DNA from: Octopus vulgaris
Taxonomy: Eukaryota
NCBI GenBank assembly: GCA_951406725.2
Contig: OX597815.1
Span: forward strand, 70,990,001 to 71,054,000
Direction of reading: 5' to 3'
Length of the DNA stretch: 64,000 bases
The number at the start of each line of letters is the position of its first letter. Position 1 is the stretch's first letter. Shown piece after piece: positions 1 to 12,170 of the stretch. A program made the translations under genes and the position numbers. Under the pieces are notes generated by a model. That model searched no databases and had not been told where the DNA came from. It saw only the letters and a program-made list of their open reading frames with translations.

Positions 1-11
1 ATGGAAGTCTG

Positions 12-42
<31 letters not shown>

Positions 43-1925
43 TTTATATACAAATTGAGATAGGGGTTGTAAATGCAACCCTCTATGGGATAACATGCGT
101 CCGCGCACGCCTTGTGCGGGCGCGTCCGTGCATGTGCATTAACGTGTGCACTCTCGCGCGCTGTGCTCGCGGACATTCGCGTGTACTTGTACGCGTGTTC
201 TTGTGTGTATCTTGGTGATCGTGTGTGCGAAAGGGACGTGTGCGGGTGTGCCCGACCATGAACTCGCGTGTCCGTGCGGGGGCGTGCATGCACATGTATG
301 TGCATGTGGGTGCATTCCGGCGTATCCACTTATACTTTCTATATTAGGTTTATCTTTGTGCCCTCCTTAATTTGTATTCCATTTTATTTATCTATACATG
401 GATATATATATATATTCATATTTATTTATTTAATTATTTATTTTTGTTTATTTGACACTTACTAATCTATAATTAATTTAATTTATAATTAATAAACTTA
501 TTCTAAATTAATAGTAATCTCTGTAGGTGTGTGAAAATGTGTATGTGTACGTATGTATGTTTTTGTACATATAGGTATGATCGTGGGTGGATGTACGGAT
601 GTATGTTTTTATTAAACATATGAGCACGCAGGTGCGTACTTGGATATGTATATATGTATATGCGAATATTCATTCATGGGTGGATATAAATATAGGTTTT
701 ATTTGTACGTATGAGTGCGCAGATATATATTTAAATATATATATATATGTGTGTGCGAAAGTTCCCTGACACAGTATAGGAAAGTGTATTAATATTTATG
801 CGTATATGCGGATGTGCGTGTGAGTGTGTGTGTTAGTGTTAGACACTGCTGCCTGTACTGATATGTCTATAAGCCATGCGTTGAGAGACATGCACTCTGC
901 AATTTATTGAATTTGTAGAGATGTGTCGGGGTGTATTCATTCATGTGTGTGTGCATGTGTGTGTGAGTTTCTGTGTAGATGTGTGGGTTTAGGGTTAGAT
1001 GTGGATGTGTATGTTTTGCTTGTGCGGTGTGGTGGAGGTCGGGCGGCTCTCAATTGACCAACCGTGAGAAAGATAATGATAATTTTAAATTCAAATCCAA
1101 TAGTGTATTTATGTCATAAGGAAAATTATTAACTGGAACCCGGACATACATATATACCGCTCTGGATCCTAATGTAAGCGTTATTAATAATATCATGAAT
1201 GATAATAATGGTAGCATTAATGGTATTGACAACGATAATGATGCTAACTTTAATGACACTTTAGAAATTATTATGAAGTAATATAATGTACTATTGACTA
1301 TGTATATTTGCATCTAGGTACTAATTTGTGTATGTTTATTATCACAATATTAAGTCGAAAAACTGAGACATTAGATGTGGAACACATATATATGTTTGCT
1401 AATTTATATTATTTATTTATATCATTATGTATATGTATATTTTTATATGTATAAGAGTGTGAGTATATGCACTCATATGTATATGTTGTTGTATTATGGG
1501 TATGCACCCACACCCATGTGGGTATATATGTAGACTGATTTATATTACATAATCTCCGAAGAGGCCTTATGATATTTTTGTAAATGTCTCATTTATATCT
1601 ATATATTGACCAACCATAAAGGGCTAATATTGGTAAAATAAGACATACTTATCTACATGGCCGAAACAGCTGTAAGATGTAATCTATACTTATATTTATA
1701 TTTACTTATATTTATATTCTCTTTTATATATATTCTACTTATTATACAACATTACTCTTTTATGTACACTTTTTTATGTACATTCCTTTATGTACACTGA
1801 TTTGTTCTGCTTTTTATATTTAACCCTACAGTCTCTTATGCGGTGGCTTAATAAAGTATGTGATTGAGTATTATCTGGTAATTGATATTTGATTTAGATG
1901 TATTTCTCCATTTTCTTATCTTGTA
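1..1925 (+). mobile_element. Penelope-like element 3' region / pseudo-LTR remnant
   Basis: Degenerate GT/CG-rich low-complexity sequence followed by a hammerhead motif (1545-1682) and AATAAA near 1850; same layout as other PLE ends here. No clear coding motif. Confidence 0.5.
1545..1682 (+). ncRNA. Type I hammerhead ribozyme with long loop II
   Basis: ATCT-CCGAAGA(1556-62)-GGCC...92 nt...GGCC-GAAA(1663-66)-CAGCTG-TA-AGAT. Helix I ATCT/AGAT, helix II GGCC/GGCC, palindromic helix III ACAGCTGT, GUA triplet; core has U4C. Confidence 0.7.
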
Positions 1926-1929
1926 TATA

Positions 1930-3029
1930 TCTTTATATATATAAAACTGAGAATATGTGTCTGTCTGTCTGTGTGTTTCCCTAAAACTTGAGAACTACAC
2001 AACCAATTTCATTCAAATTTTACACATGCCTTACTTAGGGTTCATGTAGCTAGCATTAAGTATCTATATGAAGTTTGGCTGTATGTAATATCTGTTTTCT
2101 CGAACAGTCGGTTCTATTATTACTGTTTAACTATTGTTATCCCGTTTATTGGTTCCTCGTAAGGGAAATGTTGTTGTATTGCATTTGTTAAATAATTGTA
2201 AACCGTAACCCTCCTCCTTTGGGAGAAGGAGCTTTGGTTATTGTTTAAAAATTGAATTGTGTCCCTGTTTGGGGAAATTGACAATATTTTCACCGTTTAT
2301 ATGGAAGCATTTTTGTTAAAATGCCTTCGATAGAAGAAAGTTCCAAAATGAATTTCGCTGCAGCCGTCGGCGGGCGCGAACTCAATAAAATTAAAATGAA
2401 AGAAATACAAACCTATTTCGGATTGTTCACCGACAAAGACGGTGAATCTAGGATAACACCACCAAACGAAATAAAAAATTAAATTAAAGAAAAGACTATT
2501 GTCTATGAAGTATACAATGTAGAGAAAAAAAAGATTTGAATACCCGGAGGAAAGCACCGTTGAAAAGGGTCTTGGTGCGACTATGAAAGATATCAAGTAT
2601 CTAACTAGAGGCGGTAAATTCGCCACAATAGAAGCAAGGTTCGAGTCAACGGAGCGTGCAAGGAAGTACTCGACTCGAACCTTGCAAAGTGGAAATATTT
2701 AATTTTTACCTTTATATCTGGGACACAGGACATCCGGATAAAAATTTAAAATGTCCCCCCAGAAGTAGAGGTAGGCTGGATTGTAGCCACACTTCTATAC
2801 AAGAGGGAGGACAAGATACAATTGATCGAAATTGCAAGAGACGGGCTTACAATTCCAGTCTGTTATATCTTTTGAGTATTGTTATCACTAGCGATATCAA
2901 GATATAACTGTATTTTGTATTTTATGTGTAGATGTATATATATAGATGTACGTGTAATATGTACACATATATATACACATATATACATGCACTAGCACTA
3001 TGACCCGGTAACGACAGGTCATAATGCTA

Positions 3030-3030
<1 letters not shown>
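1930..3030 (+). mobile_element. Non-autonomous Helitron carrying a LINE ORF1-like fragment
   Basis: A|TC start, TATATAAAA then (GTCT)n head; 3' hairpin TATGACCCGGTAACGACAGGTCATA (2999-3023) then CTAG|T at 3027-3030. Confidence 0.75.
2321..2880 (+). pseudogene. Degenerate L1/Tx1-like ORF1 N-terminal fragment
   Basis: Manual translation across stops/frameshifts: MPSIEESSKMNFAAAVGG...IKYLTRGGKFATIEARFES...PLYLGHRT...NVPPEVEVGWIVATL, resembling LINE ORF1 N-termini. Confidence 0.5.
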
Positions 3031-3102
<72 letters not shown>

Positions 3103-3340
3103 AGTGTATGTATGCACACACAAGCATCTGTGTATGTATATGCTTGCGAGTGTAGGTACATTTATATATGTGGATGTATGTGAGTGCGCGTATATATCCG
3201 TATATGTAAGGGGGTATGTACTTATGTATATGTAGTTACCTGTGTATATATATGTATATATGTATATATATATATATATATGAATATATATGTATATGTA
3301 TGTGGGTATGTGTGTGTTTCGTGTGCGCGTGTATGTGTGT
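3031..3340. repeat. (TA)n and TA/TG compound microsatellite
   Basis: Directly visible. Confidence 0.95.
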
Positions 3341-3349
3341 ATGCGTGTA

Positions 3350-3772
3350 TGTACCCGAGCGTTGAATCTTAAAAGCCAGCTTAGGACAATCGCATGTGTA
3401 ACCAACCATGAAGAACAAATCAGCAGTACAAAGAAATAAAATGCTAATCCCATTAAAACAGCAACCAATTTAACAGTACCAGAATCACCATCCACTACGT
3501 CTACACATTGAAAGCAGTTTGTCAACGGCCCTTCAACAACAAAATACCCTGACAAGCTCAGTGACTATTACTAAATTCAGGCCACGACAGACAGATAGGA
3601 TGTTCTTGAAGCCGAAGATTTTAACCTTAGGGAGACAATATTTATATACCACCTGAGGAGAGACAACTAGATGTCATAATGCAGGACAACAACTGCATAA
3701 CCAAGTACCTTCACACCTGGAGAACTACGTTGCGTGGAAACCATTGTAGTGATTAAAACATAAGTTTTATCT
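3350..3772 (+). mobile_element. Penelope-like element 3' end
   Basis: [13 protein letters not shown]-like ORF tail, CTGAGGA motif near 3654, hammerhead at 3714-3751, ATTAAA just downstream. Confidence 0.5.
3714..3751 (+). ncRNA. Degenerate minimal hammerhead ribozyme
   Basis: CAC-CTGGAGA-AC-TACG-TTG-CGTG-GAAAC-CATT-GTA-GTG; helix I CAC/GTG; core A6G substitution. Confidence 0.55.
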
Positions 3773-3812
3773 ATTGAGTGAATTTGGTAGACGGAAACTG
3801 TGTGGAAGCCTG

Positions 3813-3917
<105 letters not shown>

Positions 3918-3966
3918 TATATATATATATAGCATATATATATGCATATATATATATATATATATA

Positions 3967-5375
3967 TGGAGCATTCTGGACAGAGCGGCACCATACAGGC
4001 ATGGAGCACACAAAAATAATTTTAAATGCAAGCTTTGCCTATTAGAAAAACTGTATATTTTATTCAAAGACAATAATTCTTTGAATCAAAGAAGTGAGCT
4101 AATGAACTTATGTAGACACGCAACCAAATTTAAAATGTTAAATATAAATATACCATATGGATAGAGTATATATTTTGTATTTTTGATTTTTGAAATTTTG
4201 ATTTTGACTCTTGAACTAGTATGTAAACGCGACGATGGATTTGTTTCGCGCTATGCAGATTTCATTCCGTATAGCAAAGTCTTATATTTCTACATATACA
4301 TTAGGAAAAACCTTCGGCTTTGTTTATTTCATGTTATTGTATTGTATAGGATTACCTTGATTTTTAATTTATAGATGATCCAAAATAGGGTGTTATATTT
4401 TATATGTCTTCCGTATATTTTTCATTTTTCATTATTGCACTCACCTTTTTTTTTAAAAGCAATGTTGTCAAAAATTAGAATTTTGATATAAATATGAGTA
4501 TAGCCATGGATGTATATTTGTAAGCATGCGTCTCTGTGTATGTGTAAGTGAGCGTATGTTTGTGCTTAAGCACACACATACACGACTGTATGTATATGTA
4601 TCCATTCGAACTTGTGTATTTGTATACTTGTCTCCATATATGTCAATAACGCGGTTACACAGCTTGTATACATAATTTTTCTTATTTCGTTTTTTCCCCA
4701 CCCCTCCTTTTTCTTTTTTCCTTCCCCCTTCATCGTTCCTTTTTCTCTCTCTTCCTTTCTTTCGTTTTTTTCTCTAACTGATACTGATACAACTTTACGT
4801 CCCCCTTACTTAAGCTTTACTACGTAAATGAGAAACGCTACATCGATGATTTTAACTTGCGTGCGAGATATATTGCGTACATATATGTATGCATGCATTT
4901 GTGTGTATATTTTATATTTATATTTATACGTCTGTATATGTATGGCGTTTGCACGCATCCTTCTGTGTATGTTGATATATATATGTACACTTTAATATGA
5001 ATATGTATTGCAGTGTAATATTTATAATGCGTTTTAATTTCTATGCATTAATTATATTTTCTTCATCAACGTCAATATGTATTTTATTCAATGTAAGGTT
5101 TTTTCCTCGAATTTTATAACTTTTATAATTTTCATAATTTTTTTTATATATATATACATATATTTTTGAGCTCATTTTTTGTTTACCGCTCGAAGATTGA
5201 CCGTTATTTCTAAAGGGCCAATCAAACACATCCATTTTTTTTAAAGGTGTAGCGTTTGTAAGAGTCTGGATTGAATTGATGTATTGGTTCCATTCTAGCA
5301 AAAACTGTCTGATGAACGGCAACGAGAAACTCAGAGTAACAGATTTTGTTGAATTTTCTGCTGCTTTAAATAAAG
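3967..5375 (+). mobile_element. 5'-truncated Penelope-like retroelement (GIY-YIG C-terminus, 3' region, hammerhead), flanked by (TA)n
   Basis: [13 protein letters not shown]...[12 protein letters not shown]...[17 protein letters not shown] matches the PLE endonuclease C-terminal CxLCLxEK...LNxRSE...CRH pattern (ORF ends 4164); hammerhead 5305-5342 then AATAAA. Confidence 0.8.
5305..5342 (+). ncRNA. Minimal type I hammerhead ribozyme, intact core
   Basis: CTGT-CTGATGA-A-CG-GCAA-CG-A-GAAA-CTCAGAG-TA-ACAG; helix I CTGT/ACAG, GNRA-capped helix II, helix III ACTC/GAGT, GUA site (cleavage after 5338). Confidence 0.85.
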
Positions 5376-5459
5376 TATATATATATATATGTGTGTGGTG
5401 TGAGTGTGTGTGTTTGTGTGTTATATGTATATGTGTGTGTATATTTGCTTTTGTCACAA

Positions 5460-5610
5460 ATCCCCGCTCGACAATCAGTATTTTAGCCGTTCGAATAAAT
5501 ACCAGACTTAAAATGTAATAAGTACTGGGGTCGATTTGCCCGACCAAAATCCTATATGGCAGAGCCCCAACATGGTGGTAGTTGACTGACTGAAACAAGT
5601 AAAAGATAAA
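5460..5610 (+). mobile_element. SINE family B 3' tail
   Basis: ...CCCCAACATGG...GACTGAAACAAGTAAAAGATAAAA, shared with 59438-59900. Confidence 0.7.
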
Positions 5611-6480
5611 AATAAAAAGATAACTGACCATGTGTTCATAAGGCAGAGTACATCGATTTCTAAACAATAATACTAAACAATTTACTGTAATTATCTTAAT
5701 TTGTTCACTGCTAAGTCTCCCTACCCCACCCCACCCCATTCTTAAACCCTTTCCATAGGAAGTAACTATCAATTACCAACATTTCTATGTTTTCATCCAA
5801 AATTCCATTAGCATTCCATAATCTTTGTGCTTTGAACTGGAAGTCTGTTATCTCTAGGAATTAGAATTAATCTTGGAAAGAAAAGGCTTCTTTGACATTC
5901 TTCAGGCTTCTTATGAGAATATGAAATTTTTCGTCTACACTAGAGGAATTTTAAAGATTCCTTTCCAACAATCTCATTGAATAATATATTCCTCTATCAG
6001 AAATTAACATAAGAATGAAGAAGAAAAGATTAGACGAAATTTCTGTAATAATCCCAATTCAAAATTTTATCTGTCTGTTCCAACATTATTTCTATCAAGG
6101 AATCCAACTTTTATGTTTGGCTGGGTATGAATAACAGTACAGAAGGATTCATTCTTTAAATCTGGCAATTCAAGATGGCTGATACAGTGAAGCATCTTCC
6201 TCGCGGACATCTTTAGAAGCGTGGGAGAATTCGAGTTTTGAAGTCTCTATGGTAACGAAGTACTCAGTTCACACACGCTCACACACACACACTCACACAC
6301 ACACACATGTATCGAATTAAGGCGCTGTGTAGTGTGACACGTAACCAAAGATCATGCACAGTAGAGGGTTTTCAAGATTATATAATGTTTCTACTATAGT
6401 TATCCAATTATGATGGATATTTGCAGACATGTCGTCTATGTGCTATAAAACTTTGACTGTCGTATCTCTTTTCTATGTTT

Positions 6481-6645
<165 letters not shown>

Positions 6646-6946
6646 GTGTGAGTTTGGAGGGATATATTATCCGAGCCGAAACCGTGGTGGCTCTCACTTA
6701 TGTTCCAGGTTACGGTTAACCGCATCGATTAGCATTTAACGTCTGTGCTATGAGTCCTATTAGTTGTCACGCTGTAAATTCTTCCGATAGGTAATCCTGT
6801 GTTCATTTCTCTGGACGCTAATATAACCTGGAGTGTATATTAGCAATAATTATAACGATATAGAATATAATTATTGCATGTATGTATGTATGTATGTATG
6901 TATGTATGTATGTATGTATGTATGTATGTATGTATGTATGTACGTA

Positions 6947-6982
<36 letters not shown>

Positions 6983-6984
<2 letters not shown>

Positions 6985-7395
6985 TTTTATTCTTTTATTT
7001 GTTTCAGTCATTTGACTGCGGCCATACTGGAGCACCGCCTTTACTCGAACGAATCAACCCCAGAACTTATTCTTTGTATGCCTATTACTTATTCTATCGG
7101 TGTCTTTTGCCGAACCGCTAGGTTACGGGAACGTAAACACACCAACATCGGTTGTCACACGATGGGGGGGGGGGGGGCAGAAACACAGATACACAAACAT
7201 ACACGCACACACACAGACACACACATATATACAACGGGCTTCTTTCAGTTTCCATCTACCAAATCCACTTACAAGGCTTTGGTCGGCCCGAGGTTATAGT
7301 AGAAGACACTTGTCCAAGGTGCCATGCAGTGGGACTGAATCAGAAACCCTGTGGTTGAGGAGCAAGCTACTTACTACACATCCACTCTTGCGCCT
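6983..7395 (-). mobile_element. Near full-length tRNA-derived SINE, family B
   Basis: Minus strand GGCGCAAGAGTGGATGTGTAGTAAG...GGCACCTTGGACAAGTGTCTTCT...GGATTTGGTAGATGGAAACTGAAAGAAGCCCG; many copies in the window. Confidence 0.85.
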
Positions 7396-7510
7396 ATGTA
7401 TATATATAGTTAATTCAAACATGAAAACACAAAGAGAAAACACAACAACGCGAGGACGTGGAACAAATATAGTATTATTGGACGCTCAGGAAAAGAAGGG
7501 AAGAAGGAGG

Positions 7511-7545
7511 GTTTAACGTTTCGAGCGGAGCTCTTCGTCAGAAAC
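7511..7545 (-). ncRNA. Minimal hammerhead ribozyme, intact core, no loop III
   Basis: Minus strand GTTT-CTGACGA-A-GAGC-TCC-GCTC-GAAA-CG-TT-AAAC; helix I GTTT/AAAC, 4-bp helix II, ACGT palindrome. Confidence 0.85.
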
Positions 7546-7651
7546 ATAGAAAAAGGAAAGATCCAGAGAAGGGAAGACGGAGGGAAAAAATCACCGGGGC
7601 TATTGGTTAACAGTAGAAACTGGAAGTTTTTTTTTCATCTTCTCTACGTAC

Positions 7652-7739
7652 ACAACATGGTACCGGTAACACTGTGCAGAAGATCTATTTTAGGTCGGTA
7701 TGCTAGTACCCTATCAATGCAGCTGACTTCTTGAAACAT
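7652..7739 (-). CDS. Candidate isolated coding exon (MFQEVSCIDRVLAYRPKIDLLHSVTGTML)
   Basis: Strong acceptor TTTTCTTTCTTTTTGTATCTCTTAACAG, donor GTACGT, one open frame; no family recognised. Confidence 0.3.
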
Positions 7740-9054
7740 CTGTTAAGAGATACAAAAAGAAAGAAAACATTTTAAACAACAAATCTCAACATTACAGTGA
7801 ATTGGCCCCCTTATACACACTGGCTGAAAGACTAGCAACGACAGACGCCATGTTGTTGCCCTAGCAACTGGGAAGTGTTATTGGTTCTAGTAAATTTTCA
7901 GTCTCGTTTCCTTTAGAAAATACTGGCTATTTTTTCCGAACGATTCTTTCTCTATAATTCCAAGCTACTGATCAATACGTTCCATATTGATCTTCTCGGG
8001 TATAATAAATAAATAACTGGGTGAGCAGCAAGTAACTATGAATTAATGCATAATTAGGAGAGGTGGCATGATGGAAGAGAATGTAGGTGAGAACAGCACT
8101 TAAGATTAATTTGACATTGGGAGGTGTGAATGGTTGATTTAATCTGCCACTTCACTGTGATGTAACTCCTTCTCAATTGTGAAAATTTTGTAACAGAGAA
8201 GAATTGATCAAAGGGTGAGTAAGAAGGAAATGGTAAGAAATAGAAGGTGAAAAAGAATGTTTAAGATAAAAATGGGATGTAAATAACAAATTTTAAAAAA
8301 TCTGATGATTGTGATAAAAGATAGATGGTAAGAACGAGACGGTAGAACAGGGAAAAATAATGGTAAAGGAAACAGTTAAGTCTTGGTAAAAGAGAAACAG
8401 TGTGAAAATGCAAATAAGAATGAGGAGAGAGGGGGCGAGGGGGGAAGGAGTGGAGGAAAGAAATGAAAGAGCAATTGAGAAAAGGAACAATGACTTAGGT
8501 TGTAGGAAAGAGTTGGAAGAAATATTAGAAAGTAATACAAATGGGAAATTAAGAAAGAATGGGTAAATATATGACAGAAAGTTAATGGCGAGGAAAAAAT
8601 ACTCATTTATTCAAATGATATGGTTGTAGTTGCAAAACCAATCCAGAAGAGACAGAATATAAATCTCGAATGAAATAGTATGGAAGTGTAAATCGCTTCA
8701 ACTCTGCTATTGTTTGGTAGAATGATTTTTCAAACACCAATATGACCCGAGGAGTTAGCAGGCATTATTTTTAGGAAGCGAACAAGCACAAACAATGTTA
8801 TGAAGATAAAATCGAGAGGTGTGAGTTCTGGCTCAACTGATTGGAAATTAACTCTTTAACCGTGCTACATCCACTGAGTGGAATACTATTGTAAATAATC
8901 AAGAACTAAAAGACTGTCCAAGAAAAATTCATGAAACGAGTGAGGGGACGGAATAAGTAATATATTATAAAAGCAATGAAGATGAAAAGAAGACAACATA
9001 GGTGGAAAATGTTTTAACAAATGTTGTATAAGTTTAACATTTAAAAGGAAGGAA

Positions 9055-9090
9055 TCTTGGCGTTTCGGAGACTAGTCTTTCATCAGAAGA
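9055..9090 (-). ncRNA. Degenerate minimal hammerhead
   Basis: Minus strand TCTT-CTGATGA-AAGACTAGTCTCC-GAAA-CGCC-AAGA; helix I TCTT/AAGA; cleavage triplet reads GCC. Confidence 0.6.
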
Positions 9091-9570
9091 AAACTATGGA
9101 AGAAAAATGATAGAGGTGGGTGAATGTGAAAGTATGGAGGCTAATAACTCTTAGACTGACAAGTACCAGTCACCCTGCAATATTAATCGAACTTTTAGAA
9201 CATCTTATTTTGGCGTGCTGTATAAATGTAATGAAATAGAGCTCGCAATAATGATTTCCCTAGTTGAACGCTATCTTAATTTTTTTAAAACTTAGCAAAT
9301 TTTCTCATCTCCTTTTCACTTCTCACTGAATTAACAAAATTAACACGAGTGAAGACAGTGAAATAACTTTCTTTAAAACTAGTCTGTCCACGTCACATAG
9401 TATCTATGTAATATGGAAGTAGTCTATGGAAGTGTTTAGACAAGGATTTCTTTACTAAACGACAAGGACAGTATGTAGCCAATATTAGATATGTGGCGAC
9501 GAATAACAGTGGTAGAGAACAGAGAAGATATGTTGGTCAGATACAATGTTAATAATATTGATTTCAGATT

Positions 9571-9745
9571 TTGGCACAAGGCGAGCGATTCCAGGTGAAG
9601 GGGTTATGTCGATTCCATCGACCCCAGTACTCAAATAATACTTATTTTATCGACCCTGAAATGATGAGAGGAAAAGTAGACTTCGGCGTAATTTGAACTC
9701 TGAACTTAAATACAGACGAAATGCCGCTAAACCCAGAGTGCTCGC
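9571..9745 (-). mobile_element. SINE family A, degenerate
   Basis: Reverse complement of GAGTTCAAAT...GGTCGATAAAATAAGTA...CTGGGGTCGAT...CCTTGTGCCAAAA. Confidence 0.75.
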
Positions 9746-9837
9746 CGTCATTATAATGTTAATAATAATGTTAATAATATTAACATTATATCAGGACCAA
9801 TTTATTATATATTATTTTATTATAATATTATATATTA

Positions 9838-10212
9838 CGAGCAAAACGCCCCCCGGTGCTGAGTTGTCAAACATTTAGACCAAATTTTCTCAAAACAACT
9901 TGTCCGACCATCCCATAGGCCTCCCCTTTGAGAAACACTGATTTAACCTAAATTTGCGACACCGTGCATTTTTCTCACGGACGCGTAGTATCGATCGCAA
10001 TAGCTGATGTACTTGCGCGGACAAATGCACGTTGCCACGGCTTTATCGAACGCATTCTCACCTGGAATCGATTTTAGTAATTTTTTCAAGACTTATACAC
10101 ATCCTGATGCCGTCGATATCTACATATCGAATTTGAGCGCAATCGGATGTAGGATGCCCGAGATCCTAGAAGATACACACACAGACAGACAGAACGGATT
10201 TTATATAATAGA
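9838..10212 (-). mobile_element. Non-autonomous Helitron
   Basis: Minus strand A|TCTATTATATAAAA...(GTCT)n head; degenerate GC-rich 3' hairpin with CTCG in place of CTAG. Confidence 0.6.
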
Positions 10213-10244
10213 TAATATTTGTTCAATATTATATTTGATTTCAA

Positions 10245-10443
10245 ATTTTGGTACTAGGCTAGCAAGTTCAGAGGGTGGGGATAAGTTGATTACGTTAACC
10301 CCACTGTTTAACTGGTGCTTATTTTATTGAACTCGAAAGGACGAATGACAGAATCTCGGCGAAGTTTGAACTCAGAACATGAAGACGGACGATATGCTGC
10401 TTAGCATTTTTCTCGGCGTGATCACGATTCTGCTAGCTCACCA
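10245..10443 (-). mobile_element. SINE family A
   Basis: Homologous to 11202-11600. Confidence 0.75.
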
Positions 10444-11201
10444 CTTTTGTTATATATTATAATATTTTAAAATATCTTACTAACTCGGACATGCATTTGG
10501 TTAATCGCTATAGAGTACATCGTTGTAGTCTGGCTATTCATTGACATAACAGCTAATTTTGTGCTTGTGCATTTCTTATACTTGGCTGAGCTGAGTTTTT
10601 TTTTTAGAATAATATAGTTGTAGTAGTAGTCATCCGGGGCAATGGATATGTGATAAGATGTTTTAAAGTAGTTTTTCAAGTAGTTCAATGACTGTCGGGG
10701 TTGAAACTCAATGTGGCAACATTATGCATTTTGCAGTAAATTGTAGTTTGTTATAAAGAGATTGGGAGATCAGAAAGGACTGGATTACTCAATGATAACC
10801 ACTATTTTTTTCTGCTTTCTGTTCGCCAAATATGGCACCGGTAATCTTCTGGCATATACTGATATTACCTTATCCTTAACCATTTGTGAATACAGTAGGA
10901 TAGTAGTTGAGAAAAATTTGGTTTCAGTTTACTTGCAAGAGGTTTCCTTGCTAGCTCGTTATATTTTTCTTTTTGTTGTTGTTGCATTTGGCAGCTTGGA
11001 AAATGATTGGAAAAATGGTTGGAAAAATGATTGGAAAATAATTAGTGAGTTTTAATTTCATGTTTCGCAAGAAATTAATTAGCTATGTTACTGACCGATA
11101 TTATTATCAGATTCGGAAAATCAAGCAAAATATTTCATGAGGATTCCTTTTTTGCTTATTTTCTCTACTGAAGAGGTTGATTTAATATCAAGATGTAGCT
11201 A

Positions 11202-11600
11202 GGGCGGTGAGCTAGCAGAAACGTTAGTGCGCCGGGCGAAATGCTTAGCGGTATTTCGTCTGTCTTCATGTTCTGAGTTCAAATTCCGCCGAGATCAACT
11301 TTGCCTTTCATCCTTTCGGGGTCGATAAATTAAGTACTAGTTATGCACTGGGGTCGATATAATCGACTTAATCCGTTTGTCTGTCCTTGTTTGTCCTCTC
11401 TGTGTTTAGCCCCTTGTGGGTAGTAAAGAAATAGGTATTTCGTCTGTCTTCATGCTCTGAGTTCAAATTCCACCGAGGTCGACGTTGCCTTTCATCCTTT
11501 CGAGGTCGATAAATTAAGTACCAGTTGCGCACTGGGGTCAATCTAATTGACTGGCTCCCTACCCCCAAATTTCGGGCCTTGTGCCTAGTATAGAAAAGAA
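11202..11600 (+). mobile_element. SINE family A, dimeric copy
   Basis: GGCGGTGAGCTAGCAGAAACGTTAG...GAGTTCAAATTCC (B box)...GCCTTTCATCCTTTCGGGGTCGATAAATTAAGTAC; body repeated from 11434. Confidence 0.9.
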
Positions 11601-11809
11601 TAGTTAGCATACCAGGCAAAATGCTTAGGGGCATTTCATACGGGTTTACGGTTCATAGTATGTTGGTCGACTCGGGGCCATAGTAGAAGACACTTACTCA
11701 AGGGATTGAGCAGTGGAGCTGAACTCGAAACCGCTGTTTTCAATGTAAGTTTCTGAATTAAACAGCCAATTTGTTACAGTTATGTTATATATGTTTTATA
11801 TTGTTTTCA

Positions 11810-12000
11810 AATTTTGGCACAAGTTCAATAATTCCGTGAGAGGGAGTAATCCACCCCACTGTTTAACTGATACTTATTTTATCGCTCTCGAAAGGAGGGG
11901 AGGCAAAATCAACGCCGGTTGAATTTGAACTCAGAACGTACAGACGGTAGAAATGACGCTAAGCACTATGCTAGCGAGTAAACGATTCTGTCAGCTTGCC
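11810..12000 (-). mobile_element. SINE family A, degenerate
   Basis: Reverse-complement homology to 11202. Confidence 0.7.
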
Positions 12001-12037
12001 GACTTATATCATTATATTAAGTTATATTAATAACTAT

Positions 12038-12170
12038 GGAGGCGCAATGGCCTAGTGGTTAGGGCAGCGGACTCGCGGTCGGAGGATCGTGGTTTCGATT
12101 CCCAGACCGGGCGTTGTGTGTGTTTATTGAGCGAAAACACCTAAAGGGCGCATAAATAAATAAATAAAAA
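12038..12170 (+). mobile_element. SINE family C (tRNA-Arg-like head), internally deleted
   Basis: A box TGGCCTAGTGG, B box GGTTTCGATTCC; jumps from CACCTAAAG to the GGGCGCATAA tail compared with 46394-46695. Confidence 0.85.

Noticed and set aside
5770-6250. Coding-looking stretch
   Set aside because: The plus strand weakly resembles L1 RT and the minus strand has a 59-codon frame after an AG; neither is decisive.
7800-9050. Possible Penelope ORF remnant next to the 9055 hammerhead
   Set aside because: No readable motif recovered.
12038-12112. tRNA-like sequences (also 45575-45648, 46199-46270, 46394-46468)
   Set aside because: No proper acceptor stem and continuous with SINE bodies; these are SINE heads, not tRNA genes.
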